49,842 nt of DNA from Candidatus Kapaibacterium sp. (GTDB taxonomy: Bacteria > Bacteroidota > Ignavibacteria > Kapaibacteriales > NICIL-2). The DNA lies in the NCBI GenBank assembly GCA_016788605.1, contig JAEUSO010000001.1, positions 1 through 49,842 of the forward strand, read 5' to 3'. A program made the translations under genes and the position numbers. Positions 34,159-42,667 of this stretch are shown piece after piece. Under the pieces are notes generated by a model. It was not told the origin of the DNA. It worked only from the letters and a program-made list of their open reading frames with translations, and made no database searches. Position 1 is the first letter of the stretch. Each line of letters starts with the position of its first letter.

Positions 34159-34505
34159 TATACGGCTTTACGAACTGCTCCGGTAATAAAAAACGATGCT
34201 ATACCTGCACCGATACCATACCACACATTTTTAGTAATCACGCCAACCGTAATTCCACCGACCATACCACCAATCATGTCAGGCACGTATTGTTTCAATT
34301 CCTCAACCGTACCTTGCTTGCATATCTCGGCAACAAACTCTTTCGGCAGACCTGCGGCGGCTTCTTTCCATCTCTCCGGCGGAAGTGTTGTTAAAACCCC
34401 TTTAATCTTATCAATACCAATACTCACTACGTCAATGCTTGCAACTCTATCATTCAGAGCAATCAAGCGCATCGGCGGCTGTTGTTGTGTGTTTAGCGGC
34501 GGCAT
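34158..34505 (-). CDS. small membrane protein
   Basis: 115 aa. C-terminal sequence GGMVGGITVGVI...YGIGAGIASFFITGAV. Confidence 0.6.
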   Translation of the reverse strand: MPPLNTQQQPPMRLIALNDRVASIDVVSIGIDKIKGVLTTLPPERWKEAAAGLPKEFVAEICKQGTVEELKQYVPDMIGGMVGGITVGVITKNVWYGIGAGIASFFITGAVRKAV

Positions 34506-34508
34506 AGT

Positions 34509-35306
34509 TTAGCGTGGTTTCATTGCAGAAAAGTAGATGATGCCGCCGACAACGACGACAGCACCGACTACATAAACAGCGGTCATAATTCCATCGAACA
34601 GACCTTTAATTTTATCACCGACAAGATTAGCATAATCGTTTGCTTTTCCTACTGGCGACGGCTCGCCCTTCGGCACTTCATTACGATATTCAAGGTTGGC
34701 ATGGTAGGTAAGTGGCGCAATAATGAAATTTTCTTTGAACGCATTAGATTGATTGGCATAGTACACTTCATCAAGTATTCGTTTTACAAGTTGTTCAGAA
34801 TATCCTGATGTGATTGCAACTTCACGAATAACGAACGGTGCAGATTTTGAACTCGGAACATACTCATCTATGCGCTTTGATTTATCCTTAGCAAGAACAC
34901 GATTTTGATATGATTGAAGCGTCTTTTCTAACTGCTCAAATTTTAGATACCCTTTACCACGTGTCGGGTCATTTTCAAACCAATTATTCTGCTTGTTGTA
35001 GTTCAACTGTGCATCTGACAGTCCATACGATTTACCCAAGTTCCAGTTAATCCGATTCCAAACAGTTATCAAGTCCTCATTGTAATACTGACCGAATACA
35101 GCACCAAACATTGCTTGCAAGTCATTCCAGTAGTAATCCCAAGAAGAGTATTCATAGTTACCCATATACTTACCTCCGAACACAACCGGCATAAGAACCG
35201 CAAGCCCAGTAATAGGTAAGAATCCGACATTATCGGAAATACCTGCATCGGCAACCACATTGCACGATGAACAAGAGGGTTTCTTTGAATACGTAATTAT
35301 AGCCAT
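34509..35306 (-). CDS. first late-operon protein, C-terminal TM anchor
   Basis: 265 aa. The tail is AVYVVGAVVVVGGIIYF. Confidence 0.65.
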   Translation of the reverse strand: MAIITYSKKPSCSSCNVVADAGISDNVGFLPITGLAVLMPVVFGGKYMGNYEYSSWDYYWNDLQAMFGAVFGQYYNEDLITVWNRINWNLGKSYGLSDAQLNYNKQNNWFENDPTRGKGYLKFEQLEKTLQSYQNRVLAKDKSKRIDEYVPSSKSAPFVIREVAITSGYSEQLVKRILDEVYYANQSNAFKENFIIAPLTYHANLEYRNEVPKGEPSPVGKANDYANLVGDKIKGLFDGIMTAVYVVGAVVVVGGIIYFSAMKPR

Positions 35307-35317
35307 GTTGTAAAGAT

Positions 35318-35343
35318 TGCGCCGCCGTAGGATTTGCGGCGCA
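35318..35343 (-). promoter_or_regulatory. GC-rich stem-loop in the late-operon leader
   Basis: TGCGCCGC / GCGGCGCA with a 10-nt loop, ending 12 nt upstream of the first late ATG (35306). The T tract is weak. Confidence 0.4.
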
Positions 35344-35414
35344 TCTATAAGTGAACAGAGAGTAGCGTTTCTGTGGCACGAAATTCATCCATGGAAGAAG
35401 TGATTAAAAATGCT

Positions 35415-35494
35415 ACTTTTGAGCTACGGTAGATAATCTCTACAAGTGTCTATATTTAATAAACTTACAGCAATAAAAAACTTTTGAGCTACGG
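35415..35494. repeat. 15-bp direct repeat pair upstream of the late operon
   Basis: ACTTTTGAGCTACGG at 35415..35429 and 35480..35494, 65 bp apart. Confidence 0.7.
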
Positions 35495-35707
35495 ACGTTC
35501 TTTATACACCTCAACTATTTTTTCTTGAATCTCACGGTTCATCGCATCATTCAGTGCGTTCATCTTCTTCGTGTATTTACGCCTAATATGCGATATAGCA
35601 CGTTTCAATCCATTTTCGTGCTGTTTTCGCAACTTGTCGCTTTTATGGTTTTGGTAGTACACTGCGTTGTACTGGCTGCGATCCTCGGATGAATAGCAAT
35701 CGTTCAT
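35489..35707 (-). CDS. small basic protein next to attR
   Basis: 72 aa from the first ATG (MNDCYSSEDRSQ...). The ORF extends to 35764 from a GTG. It is Lys/Arg-rich and helical. Confidence 0.45.
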   Translation of the reverse strand: MNDCYSSEDRSQYNAVYYQNHKSDKLRKQHENGLKRAISHIRRKYTKKMNALNDAMNREIQEKIVEVYKERP

Positions 35708-35708
35708 A

Positions 35709-35729
35709 TCGGTGCAATTTCGGTGCAAT
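35709..35729 (+). promoter_or_regulatory. candidate integrase arm-type sites (attR-proximal pair)
   Basis: TCGGTGCAAT-T-TCGGTGCAAT, 47 bp from the attR core. It matches the pair at 2393..2413. Confidence 0.6.
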
Positions 35730-35775
35730 GGTTGGGTAAATATATGAAATTTGAATAATAACACTAAAAAGAAAG

Positions 35776-35826
35776 TGACTGTTAATCAGAGGGTCCAAGG
35801 TTCAAGTCCTTGAGGCGGAGCAACAA
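35776..35826 (+). repeat. attR core (51-bp direct repeat, orphan 3' tRNA-Asn fragment)
   Basis: Identical to 2174..2224. The 5' half of the tRNA is absent. Confidence 0.95.
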
Positions 35827-35831
35827 TCAGC

Positions 35832-35870
35832 ACACCCGCGTTTCTTATCGGAGCGCGGGTGTTGTATTTT
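35832..35870 (+). terminator. native tRNA-Asn terminator displaced to attR
   Basis: ACACCCGCG / CGCGGGTGT stem followed by TGTATTTT. Confidence 0.55.
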
Positions 35871-35954
35871 CGCCCTGTTGCTAACCGTTATCAGGGTGAT
35901 GCTCTTGCAGCATGGCAATCACTCCGGCAGTTTTCCTCTACACTCATCGTTCGC

Positions 35955-37010
35955 GTGCAGTCAATACTTGTACTCCGTTTGGGTCAGCTTGGCGATGTGC
36001 TTCTTGCCACACCGCTTGTGCGTCTGTTGCGGTTGCGTTATCCCGATGCGCGGATTGATGTGGCGGTAGCGCAGCAGTTCGCCGATGTATGGAAGAATAA
36101 TCCGCATTGTACATCGGTGATTCCTGTTGATACCGGAGCGTCGTTCATTGCCACCCGCCCGCTTATCCGCAGTATTCTTAGCATCCACGGCAGATATGAT
36201 ACAGCGATTGACCTGCATCGCAATATGCGGACGTGGTTTTTGCGGCGAAACCTTGCTGAAAGCGTTCTATGCTATGACAAACACCGTACAGAGAAGCGCG
36301 CCCTTATCCGCAACAAGAAATTTCCCGCTGTGCAAACACACATTGCAGACCGGTACATTGCCGCTGCATCATCGCTTGATATTACAGGCGACGGCGCGGG
36401 CTTGGAACTCTGGCTGCCCGAAGAGCAATCGTCGCAGACGTACCCGCCATCATTGCGGAAGAATACCGGGCGGATGAACCGTGTTGCTCTTGCGCCCGGC
36501 GCGCAACACGCAACAAAACGCTGGCTGCCTGAGTACGTTGCATCCGTTGCTTCGCATTATGCTGAATCCGGTTGTGAGGTGGTCTTGATTGGCTCGGCAA
36601 AAGAGCGCGACCTCTGTGCTGCAATTCGTCACCGCGTTCCGGTGGCTCTCCAACACCGTGTGCAATCGTTTGCAGGAGAATCATTATACCAAAGCGCACG
36701 TCTGCTTGACTCATGCGATGTGTGTATCAGCAACGATAGCGGTGCAGTGCATCTTGCTGCTGCGCGAAGCATTCCCGTTGTCGCCATCTATGGTTCAACA
36801 GTTCCGGCATTGGGATTTTCCCCATACCGCACGCCGCACAGAATAGCAGAAGCCGACCTTGACTGCCGACCGTGTACCCACATCGGTCGCAACGAATGTC
36901 CGCTCGGTCATTTCAACTGTATGAAATTGATTGAGCCGGAAACGGTTATTGCACACGCGGACGGCATATCGGGTATAAGCGGATCGCATCAACAAACAAT
37001 CACACAATAA
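35955..37010 (+). CDS. glycosyltransferase family 9 (heptosyltransferase-like)
   Basis: A GTG start at 35955 gives the N terminus QSILVLRLGQLGDVLLATPL, typical of GT9. ISNDSGAVHLAAA lies near the C terminus. The ORF is open from 35859. Confidence 0.8.
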   Translation: MQSILVLRLGQLGDVLLATPLVRLLRLRYPDARIDVAVAQQFADVWKNNPHCTSVIPVDTGASFIATRPLIRSILSIHGRYDTAIDLHRNMRTWFLRRNLAESVLCYDKHRTEKRALIRNKKFPAVQTHIADRYIAAASSLDITGDGAGLELWLPEEQSSQTYPPSLRKNTGRMNRVALAPGAQHATKRWLPEYVASVASHYAESGCEVVLIGSAKERDLCAAIRHRVPVALQHRVQSFAGESLYQSARLLDSCDVCISNDSGAVHLAAARSIPVVAIYGSTVPALGFSPYRTPHRIAEADLDCRPCTHIGRNECPLGHFNCMKLIEPETVIAHADGISGISGSHQQTITQ

Positions 37011-37036
37011 CCACACCCTCAAATACATAACACAGT

Positions 37037-38044
37037 ATGGCGCAAACAGGACTCGCGCTTATCGGCGCAGGAAACATCGCACAAAGCATTCACTTGCCAA
37101 TACTTACCAAGTTGCCTAACGCAATATTGCTTGCAATCTGCGACCGGAATCTCTCGAAGGCGAAAGCCCTAGCGGAAAAATATAACATTCCCCATGTGTG
37201 CCGCAGCATTGAGGAGCTTTTGCAGATAGACGGTGTGCAAGCGGTGGATATATGCACAAGCACCGACGCACATTACGAAAGCACCATTGCATGTGCCGAA
37301 GGCGGTCTTGATATTCTTGTCGAGAAGCCGCTTGCCCGGACCGTCGCCGAAGCACGGCAGATCGCAAAGGCAGTTGCCGAAAACAACGTGAAACTGATGG
37401 TTGGTATGAACCACCGTTTCCGCCCTGATACGGTGATGCTGAAAAACCAGATTGAGCAAGGTCAGCTTGGTAATGTGTATTACGTGAAGGCGGGCTGGCT
37501 GAAGCCGCGTTCGAGCGACGGCAAATGGATTGCCCAGCAGGAGAAATCCGGCGGCGGCGTGTTGCTTGACTTAGGCGTGGTGATGATTGACATGCTCATG
37601 TACATCTTCGGCTACGGGAAGGAAGTCCGCTCGGTCAGCGCCTCTACTTTTTACCACCATACCCGCTCGGTTGAAGACGTTGCCGTTGCTACAATCAATT
37701 TCACCGACGACACCGTTGCTTCGATAGAAACAAGCTGGTCGCTCATGCGCCCCGACGACCTCTATTACTGTAATGTGTATGGTAAAAAAGGAAGTGCGTA
37801 TGTCAATCCGTTCAAAGTTGTGCGTCAGGAAGAAGGCGGCTTCTCCACGTTTGCGGTCGAGAACACCACGCGCTCGAAAGTATCGCAATACACCAAGAGT
37901 TACGAATCGGAAATCAAGCATTTTGTGAATGCCGTGCAAGACCTTATTCCAGTGGTCTCGACGGGCGAAGAAGCAATCCGCACGCTGAGTATTATTGACG
38001 CGCTGTATGCAAGTGCCGCCGAACGCTGCGAAGTACGGCTCTAA
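37037..38044 (+). CDS. Gfo/Idh/MocA-family oxidoreductase
   Basis: N-terminal Rossmann LALIGAGNIAQSIHLP and the EKPLA motif (VEKPLARTVAEA). Confidence 0.85.
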   Translation: MAQTGLALIGAGNIAQSIHLPILTKLPNAILLAICDRNLSKAKALAEKYNIPHVCRSIEELLQIDGVQAVDICTSTDAHYESTIACAEGGLDILVEKPLARTVAEARQIAKAVAENNVKLMVGMNHRFRPDTVMLKNQIEQGQLGNVYYVKAGWLKPRSSDGKWIAQQEKSGGGVLLDLGVVMIDMLMYIFGYGKEVRSVSASTFYHHTRSVEDVAVATINFTDDTVASIETSWSLMRPDDLYYCNVYGKKGSAYVNPFKVVRQEEGGFSTFAVENTTRSKVSQYTKSYESEIKHFVNAVQDLIPVVSTGEEAIRTLSIIDALYASAAERCEVRL

Positions 38045-38318
38045 ACTATTTATGTTGACGTTGTAGCATAGTAATGCTAGAACGGCTACGTTCAAAATCT
38101 ATCGGTCAACCGGTTCATATCGTAATGACTAGCCATGCATTACTTTCGTAGTGACTATCAGTCCTGTTAAACAAGAATCAGTTACGACGTACAATTGAAG
38201 TACTTCAATGCGCTATTCAGATTACTTAGATTGAACAAGAAGTACAAACAACGCTTACCTGACGTCATTGTGCTGTTGCAATCAGTGTATTGTTCCCACC
38301 GCCAAGCTCATGTTACTC

Positions 38319-39206
38319 TTATCCTTTGTCAATCTTCACGCTTGTCATGGTTAATGATCCGGCTACAGGTTTATCATTAAAGAAACTTATAGCTTCATTC
38401 TTCTCTTTCAAAGCTAACACATAGAGCAAAGGCAAATAGTGTTCGGGTGACGGAATAGAAAGCTGAAATGCCTTTCCCTGTTTTGTATAGTCAATCAAGG
38501 ATTGGTGGTCGTCGTGTACGATAAACTGTTTCATTTTTTCACGTGCCTCTAAAGCCCAATCATAACCATACGATTCATTAAACTTTCTAAATTCTATCAT
38601 GCCAAGATTATGAACCATATTTCCGCTACCGATAATCAGCACACCTTTATCCCGTAGTGGCTTCAGCTCTTTTGCAAGGTCATAGTGAAACTGAGGATGT
38701 TGAGAATAATCCAAACTCATTTGAATAATCGGCACATCCGCTTTGGGATAGAGGTGTTTTACCACACTCCACGCACCGTGATCAAGCCCCCATGTGTTAT
38801 CCAAGCCCACATCAGTTTTTTTGATCAGTGCTTTTGTTGTGATTGCTATCTCAGGACTTCCGGGTGCGGGATACTGAACATCAAAAAGTGCTTTCGGAAA
38901 TCCGCCAAAGTCGTGAATGGTCTTGGGATTTTCCATTGCAGTAACAAATGTTCCTTTTGTTTCCCAATGCGCACTCACACAAAGAATTGCCGATGGTCTT
39001 GGAATTTCTTTGCCAATTTTTCGGAAACCCTGTACGAACTCATTCTCTTCGATGGCATTCATCGGGCTTCCATGCCCTAAAAACAACACAGGCATTTTTT
39101 TGGTACTTTTCAATGATGCTGTCATCGTTTGCAATGCTTGCAGTTTCATGGCTACTCCGGTAAATGGCAATAGTGCCAGCGATGTTAAAAAATCTTTTCT
39201 TTCCAT
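38319..39206 (-). CDS. LigB-family extradiol dioxygenase (4,5-DOPA dioxygenase/YgiD-like)
   Basis: MPVLFLGHGSPMNAIE and the family-typical length. N-terminal export-like sequence ERKDFLTSLALLPFTG. Confidence 0.75.
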   Translation of the reverse strand: MERKDFLTSLALLPFTGVAMKLQALQTMTASLKSTKKMPVLFLGHGSPMNAIEENEFVQGFRKIGKEIPRPSAILCVSAHWETKGTFVTAMENPKTIHDFGGFPKALFDVQYPAPGSPEIAITTKALIKKTDVGLDNTWGLDHGAWSVVKHLYPKADVPIIQMSLDYSQHPQFHYDLAKELKPLRDKGVLIIGSGNMVHNLGMIEFRKFNESYGYDWALEAREKMKQFIVHDDHQSLIDYTKQGKAFQLSIPSPEHYLPLLYVLALKEKNEAISFFNDKPVAGSLTMTSVKIDKG

Positions 39207-39308
39207 GTGAATGTTGCGTTTCAGATTGAACTAAATCTTGTTTTGAAAATACTATCGCTGTTGCACTTGATACTTGAATCTGCGACTTGTAATCACATAG
39301 GTCTTCCC

Positions 39309-39773
39309 TCAAAAGCGCATCATCGAGCGTTTGTACTTGAAATGGTTTTCGATGTGCTGCATCTGCATTGCAAAATCGTTGAAGAGTTGCCAGTAGAGTT
39401 CCGTGCGGTTTAGGTTCACCCAAAAGTATTCGCTCTCGTAGCAGGCGATAACATAACTGCCGAACATGTAGTGCGCCACTTCTTTGCGAATCAGACCGGA
39501 GTTCATCATCAATGCGGCTTCCTCGAAAAGACCAAGCAGGTCGCGCTTGTCGGCGGGCAATACGTCGGCAAGTGCAGGGTCGTTACGGAGCGCCATGTCG
39601 GTCAGGTGCTTGAATGTTTCGTTCTCTTTCAGCCGCCTGCGGATAATCACAAACTGGTCGGCGCGTTTTTGCCGTCCCTGCCGTCCGTACTCGATGATAC
39701 CATTGATAAATGTGAACAGGGCTACGAGCGAGCCGATGATGATGGCGACATCTTTTATATGTGTGTAGTCCAT
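39309..39773 (-). CDS. hypothetical N-terminally anchored protein
   Basis: 154 aa. TM helix VAIIIGSLVALFTFINGII. No motif recognised. Confidence 0.55.
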   Translation of the reverse strand: MDYTHIKDVAIIIGSLVALFTFINGIIEYGRQGRQKRADQFVIIRRRLKENETFKHLTDMALRNDPALADVLPADKRDLLGLFEEAALMMNSGLIRKEVAHYMFGSYVIACYESEYFWVNLNRTELYWQLFNDFAMQMQHIENHFKYKRSMMRF

Positions 39774-39815
39774 TGCGTCATCCCGTATGGAGATTCGATT
39801 GCAGGGTTGCGGCGG

Positions 39816-41324
39816 TTATTCTTCCGTTGAATACTTCGAAGCGTTGATTTCGATTTGCACGGGATATGTTCCTGTGAAGCACGCTGTGCAATAGCCGATG
39901 CCGTCTTGCTGCGGAACGGAATCCATCAATCCTGCAATCGAAAGATATTCGAGCGAATCCACGCCGATTTCCTTGCCAATGGACTCAACCGACTCGTGAC
40001 TGTTGGCAATGAGTTCTTCCTTGCTGGGGAAGTCCATGCCGTACATGCAGGGATGGGTAATCGGCGGCGAGGTGATACGCATGTGCACTTCGGCGGGCTT
40101 TGCTTCGCGGATAAGGTTCACTAATGATTTCGATGTTGTTCCGCGCACGATGGAATCATCAATTACCACCACTTTTCTATCTTCCAACACACCGCGCACC
40201 ACGTTGAACTTTGTCTTCACCTTGAACTCGCGCTGGTCTTGCCCGGGCGCAATAAATGTACGTCCCACATAATGGCTGCGGATAAGCCCTATCTCGTAGC
40301 GCGACGGAATGTTGTTGTCTTTCTCATTCACCCGCGCATAGCCAAGCGTTGCGGTGTTACCGCTATCGGGCACGGGGATGACCAAAACTTTATCGAAACC
40401 GTCGTTGCTTACCGGACTTTCCAGTGCGAGGTTCTTGCCAAGTTTGCGGCGCACTTTATCCACGTTGTGTCCGAAAATTTTGCTGTCTGGACGCGAGAAG
40501 TATATATACTCAAAGATGCAGTGATGTGCCGGCGGTGTGCCGTCGTCAATACGGTGCGATTGGATGACTCCCGTGCGGACTGTCTCGTCGTTGATGACAA
40601 CAATTTCGTTGTGTTCAATTTCGCGCACGTACTCTGCACTGATAATATCAAGGGCGCAGGATTCGCTTGCAACCACATAGCAGGTTGTGCCATCGGGATT
40701 TGTTTTTTTGCCGATGCAAAGCGGGCGGAAACCGTGCGGGTCGCGTGCTGCATAGAGTGCGTTGTCGGTAAGCAAGGCAAGCGAGAATGCGCCGCGTGCA
40801 ATGCGAAGAGCTTCGCGGATACGTTCAAGTTCCGTTTCTTGTTTACTCCGTGCTATCAGGTGAAGGAACAACTCACTGTCGGTTGTGGTTTGGAAGATGG
40901 CACCGTCGTTTTGCAGGGCGTGGCGCAATGCTTTTGTGTTGGTCAGGTTGCCGTTGTGGGCAAGGGCAAGATTGCCAAGCCGGTAGATAATGTGGAACGG
41001 TTGAATGTTCGCTTTTGAGTTGCCGCCTGTTGTTGAATAGCGGTTGTGACCGATTGCCGCCGTGCCGCGAAGGGTATTGGTCAGTACGTCGGCGTCGGAA
41101 AAGACATCAAGCACAAGACCTTCATCCTTATGCACACCAAAACGTTTTTTTTGTTTTATGTCATCGAAACGGGATGCCACGATGCCCGCCGCTTCCTGCC
41201 CCCGGTGTTGCAGTGCATGGAGTGCGTAGTAGGTCATCACGGATGCTTGCGGATGGTTGTACACGCCTACGATGCCGCAGTTGCATTGGGGTTTGTCTAA
41301 CGCTTCAAGTTCGGGTGAGATCAT
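39816..41324 (-). CDS. purF: amidophosphoribosyltransferase
   Basis: A propeptide is followed by CGIVGV (Ntn Cys). PRPP motif VVVIDDSIVRGTT. C-terminal CTACFTGTYP. Confidence 0.95.
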   Translation of the reverse strand: MISPELEALDKPQCNCGIVGVYNHPQASVMTYYALHALQHRGQEAAGIVASRFDDIKQKKRFGVHKDEGLVLDVFSDADVLTNTLRGTAAIGHNRYSTTGGNSKANIQPFHIIYRLGNLALAHNGNLTNTKALRHALQNDGAIFQTTTDSELFLHLIARSKQETELERIREALRIARGAFSLALLTDNALYAARDPHGFRPLCIGKKTNPDGTTCYVVASESCALDIISAEYVREIEHNEIVVINDETVRTGVIQSHRIDDGTPPAHHCIFEYIYFSRPDSKIFGHNVDKVRRKLGKNLALESPVSNDGFDKVLVIPVPDSGNTATLGYARVNEKDNNIPSRYEIGLIRSHYVGRTFIAPGQDQREFKVKTKFNVVRGVLEDRKVVVIDDSIVRGTTSKSLVNLIREAKPAEVHMRITSPPITHPCMYGMDFPSKEELIANSHESVESIGKEIGVDSLEYLSIAGLMDSVPQQDGIGYCTACFTGTYPVQIEINASKYSTEE

Positions 41325-41475
41325 TATGGTAATAGGTTCTGTGATTATATGGTTTTTATTGAGGGATTCCGTTTCGAGAGCGCGAAGTTACGGAAGGGGA
41401 AAGGATACGGGCAGGTTGCTTTGTATCTTGCAATCATCGTATGCTACATCAGATTTTTTTCAACAATAAAACAGA

Positions 41476-42171
41476 ATGGTCACGATAATGCGAAAGAGCA
41501 CATTGTTTCTGAAACATATAGCTCTGAACGTATGGAGGCGAATACAATACGGTCGGGATGTGTATATGCACTTTCCCACATACTCGCAGCAAACAGATTC
41601 ATTCCTTCGCAGTACGGGGTGTCACGACTATGTACGGTATGCTTCGATTGCTTTAGCCGCAAAGCGGATTCAAGCGGAGGGAGTGGATGGTGCAGTTGCC
41701 GAATGCGGTGTCTGGCGCGGTGATTTAAGTGAGTTCTTGCAGCACTGTCTGCCTGAAAGGGAGTTGTATTTGTTTGATACGTTCGAAGGGTTTTCACATC
41801 AGAACCCCGAAGTGCGTAATAATGATGCCCGCTTCCGTGACACGAGTGCGGAAAGTGTTCACAGACGGCTTGGAAACAGCCCGTTTTGTCATATTCGCAA
41901 AGGTTTTTTTCCAGATACTGCGCAAGGGTTGGAATCCGCTACGTTTTCATTAGTCATGCTTGATTTCGATATCTATGAAGCCACACGCGACGCTCTGAAT
42001 TTTTTCTATCCGTTGATGCCTCGCGGGGGGTATGTCTTTATCCATGATTGCAACAGTCCGGAATACGATGGCGCTTGCCGCAAAGCTGTTGCCGAGTTTC
42101 TGTATGACAAACCGGAATTGGTGCTTGATATGCCTGACCTTTGGGGGACAATGTATTTCCGAAAACTCTAA
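41476..42171 (+). CDS. TylF/macrocin-O-methyltransferase-like SAM-dependent methyltransferase
   Basis: GAVAECGVWRGD, LFDTFEGF and the length fit the TylF family. Confidence 0.75.
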   Translation: MVTIMRKSTLFLKHIALNVWRRIQYGRDVYMHFPTYSQQTDSFLRSTGCHDYVRYASIALAAKRIQAEGVDGAVAECGVWRGDLSEFLQHCLPERELYLFDTFEGFSHQNPEVRNNDARFRDTSAESVHRRLGNSPFCHIRKGFFPDTAQGLESATFSLVMLDFDIYEATRDALNFFYPLMPRGGYVFIHDCNSPEYDGACRKAVAEFLYDKPELVLDMPDLWGTMYFRKL

Positions 42172-42241
42172 CTGACAGATTGTAGTAATATTCGATACTA
42201 CGTGATGTATTTTGGGCATGAACTTATTTTTTAAGGTTGTT

Positions 42242-42595
42242 ATGAATACTTTGATACGGCTTAGTGTATGTATCCTAAGCATTATGATGATGTCATGTTC
42301 GACTGCTCGGATTGTGCCGAAGGAGGCGGTAACGCTGACGGGGCGGATGAATTCTGTGAGTGGGGGCAAAGCATTAAAAGGCGAATCGTGCTGGGCGATG
42401 GAGTCGGGCGGCACTGTGCGGAATGTGGTGTATTATCAGTTTATCGGTGATAAGGAGTTGCTTGAAAAATTGCACGAGGAAGATGCGATTGTCACAGTAA
42501 AGGCGGTGATATTGAAAGATAAGGAGGGGGCTTGCCCGATAGGTGTTGTTGCCGAGGTGTATGAGATTGTCTCATTACGGTCGCAGAAGAATTAG
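42242..42595 (+). CDS. small lipoprotein
   Basis: MNTLIRLSVCILSIMMMSCS is a lipobox-like signal. The ORF is open from 42212. Confidence 0.55.
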   Translation: MNTLIRLSVCILSIMMMSCSTARIVPKEAVTLTGRMNSVSGGKALKGESCWAMESGGTVRNVVYYQFIGDKELLEKLHEEDAIVTVKAVILKDKEGACPIGVVAEVYEIVSLRSQKN

Positions 42596-42613
42596 ACGTG
42601 AATCCTGATAAAT

Positions 42614-42647
42614 AAAGCCCCGCCGAAATATACTCGGGCGGGGCTTT
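42614..42647. terminator. bidirectional terminator between the lipoprotein gene and ftsH
   Basis: AAA-GCCCCGCC ... GGCGGGGC-TTT hairpin. Confidence 0.75.
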
Positions 42648-42667
42648 GTGTAATGCGTCGGGTGTGG

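Larger units (their letters stand above)
2174..35826. mobile_element. integrated temperate virus-like element (prophage), 33,602-bp unit, inserted in tRNA-Asn
   Basis: Exact 51-bp att duplication, an integrase next to attL, a divergent repressor/Cro-like switch, an iteron origin, methyltransferases, lysis enzymes and a fibre-like gene. Host-type genes resume right after attR. Confidence 0.9.

Noticed and set aside
2174-35826. An alternative reading of the element as an integrative conjugative element (SLT, CHAP, large ParB-domain protein, many membrane proteins).
   Set aside because: I could find no VirB4/TraG-like ATPase, coupling protein or relaxase. The repressor/Cro-like switch, fibre-type repeats, holin-like/hydrolase pairs and single long coupled operon fit a virus better. 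Not formally excluded without profile searches.
40239-41018. A 259-aa plus-strand ORF inside purF, with similar shadows at 15480..16142, 16305..16907, 37571..38095 and 43368..43927.
   Set aside because: These run antisense to genes with unmistakable conserved motifs or strong operon context, and they have no motifs of their own.
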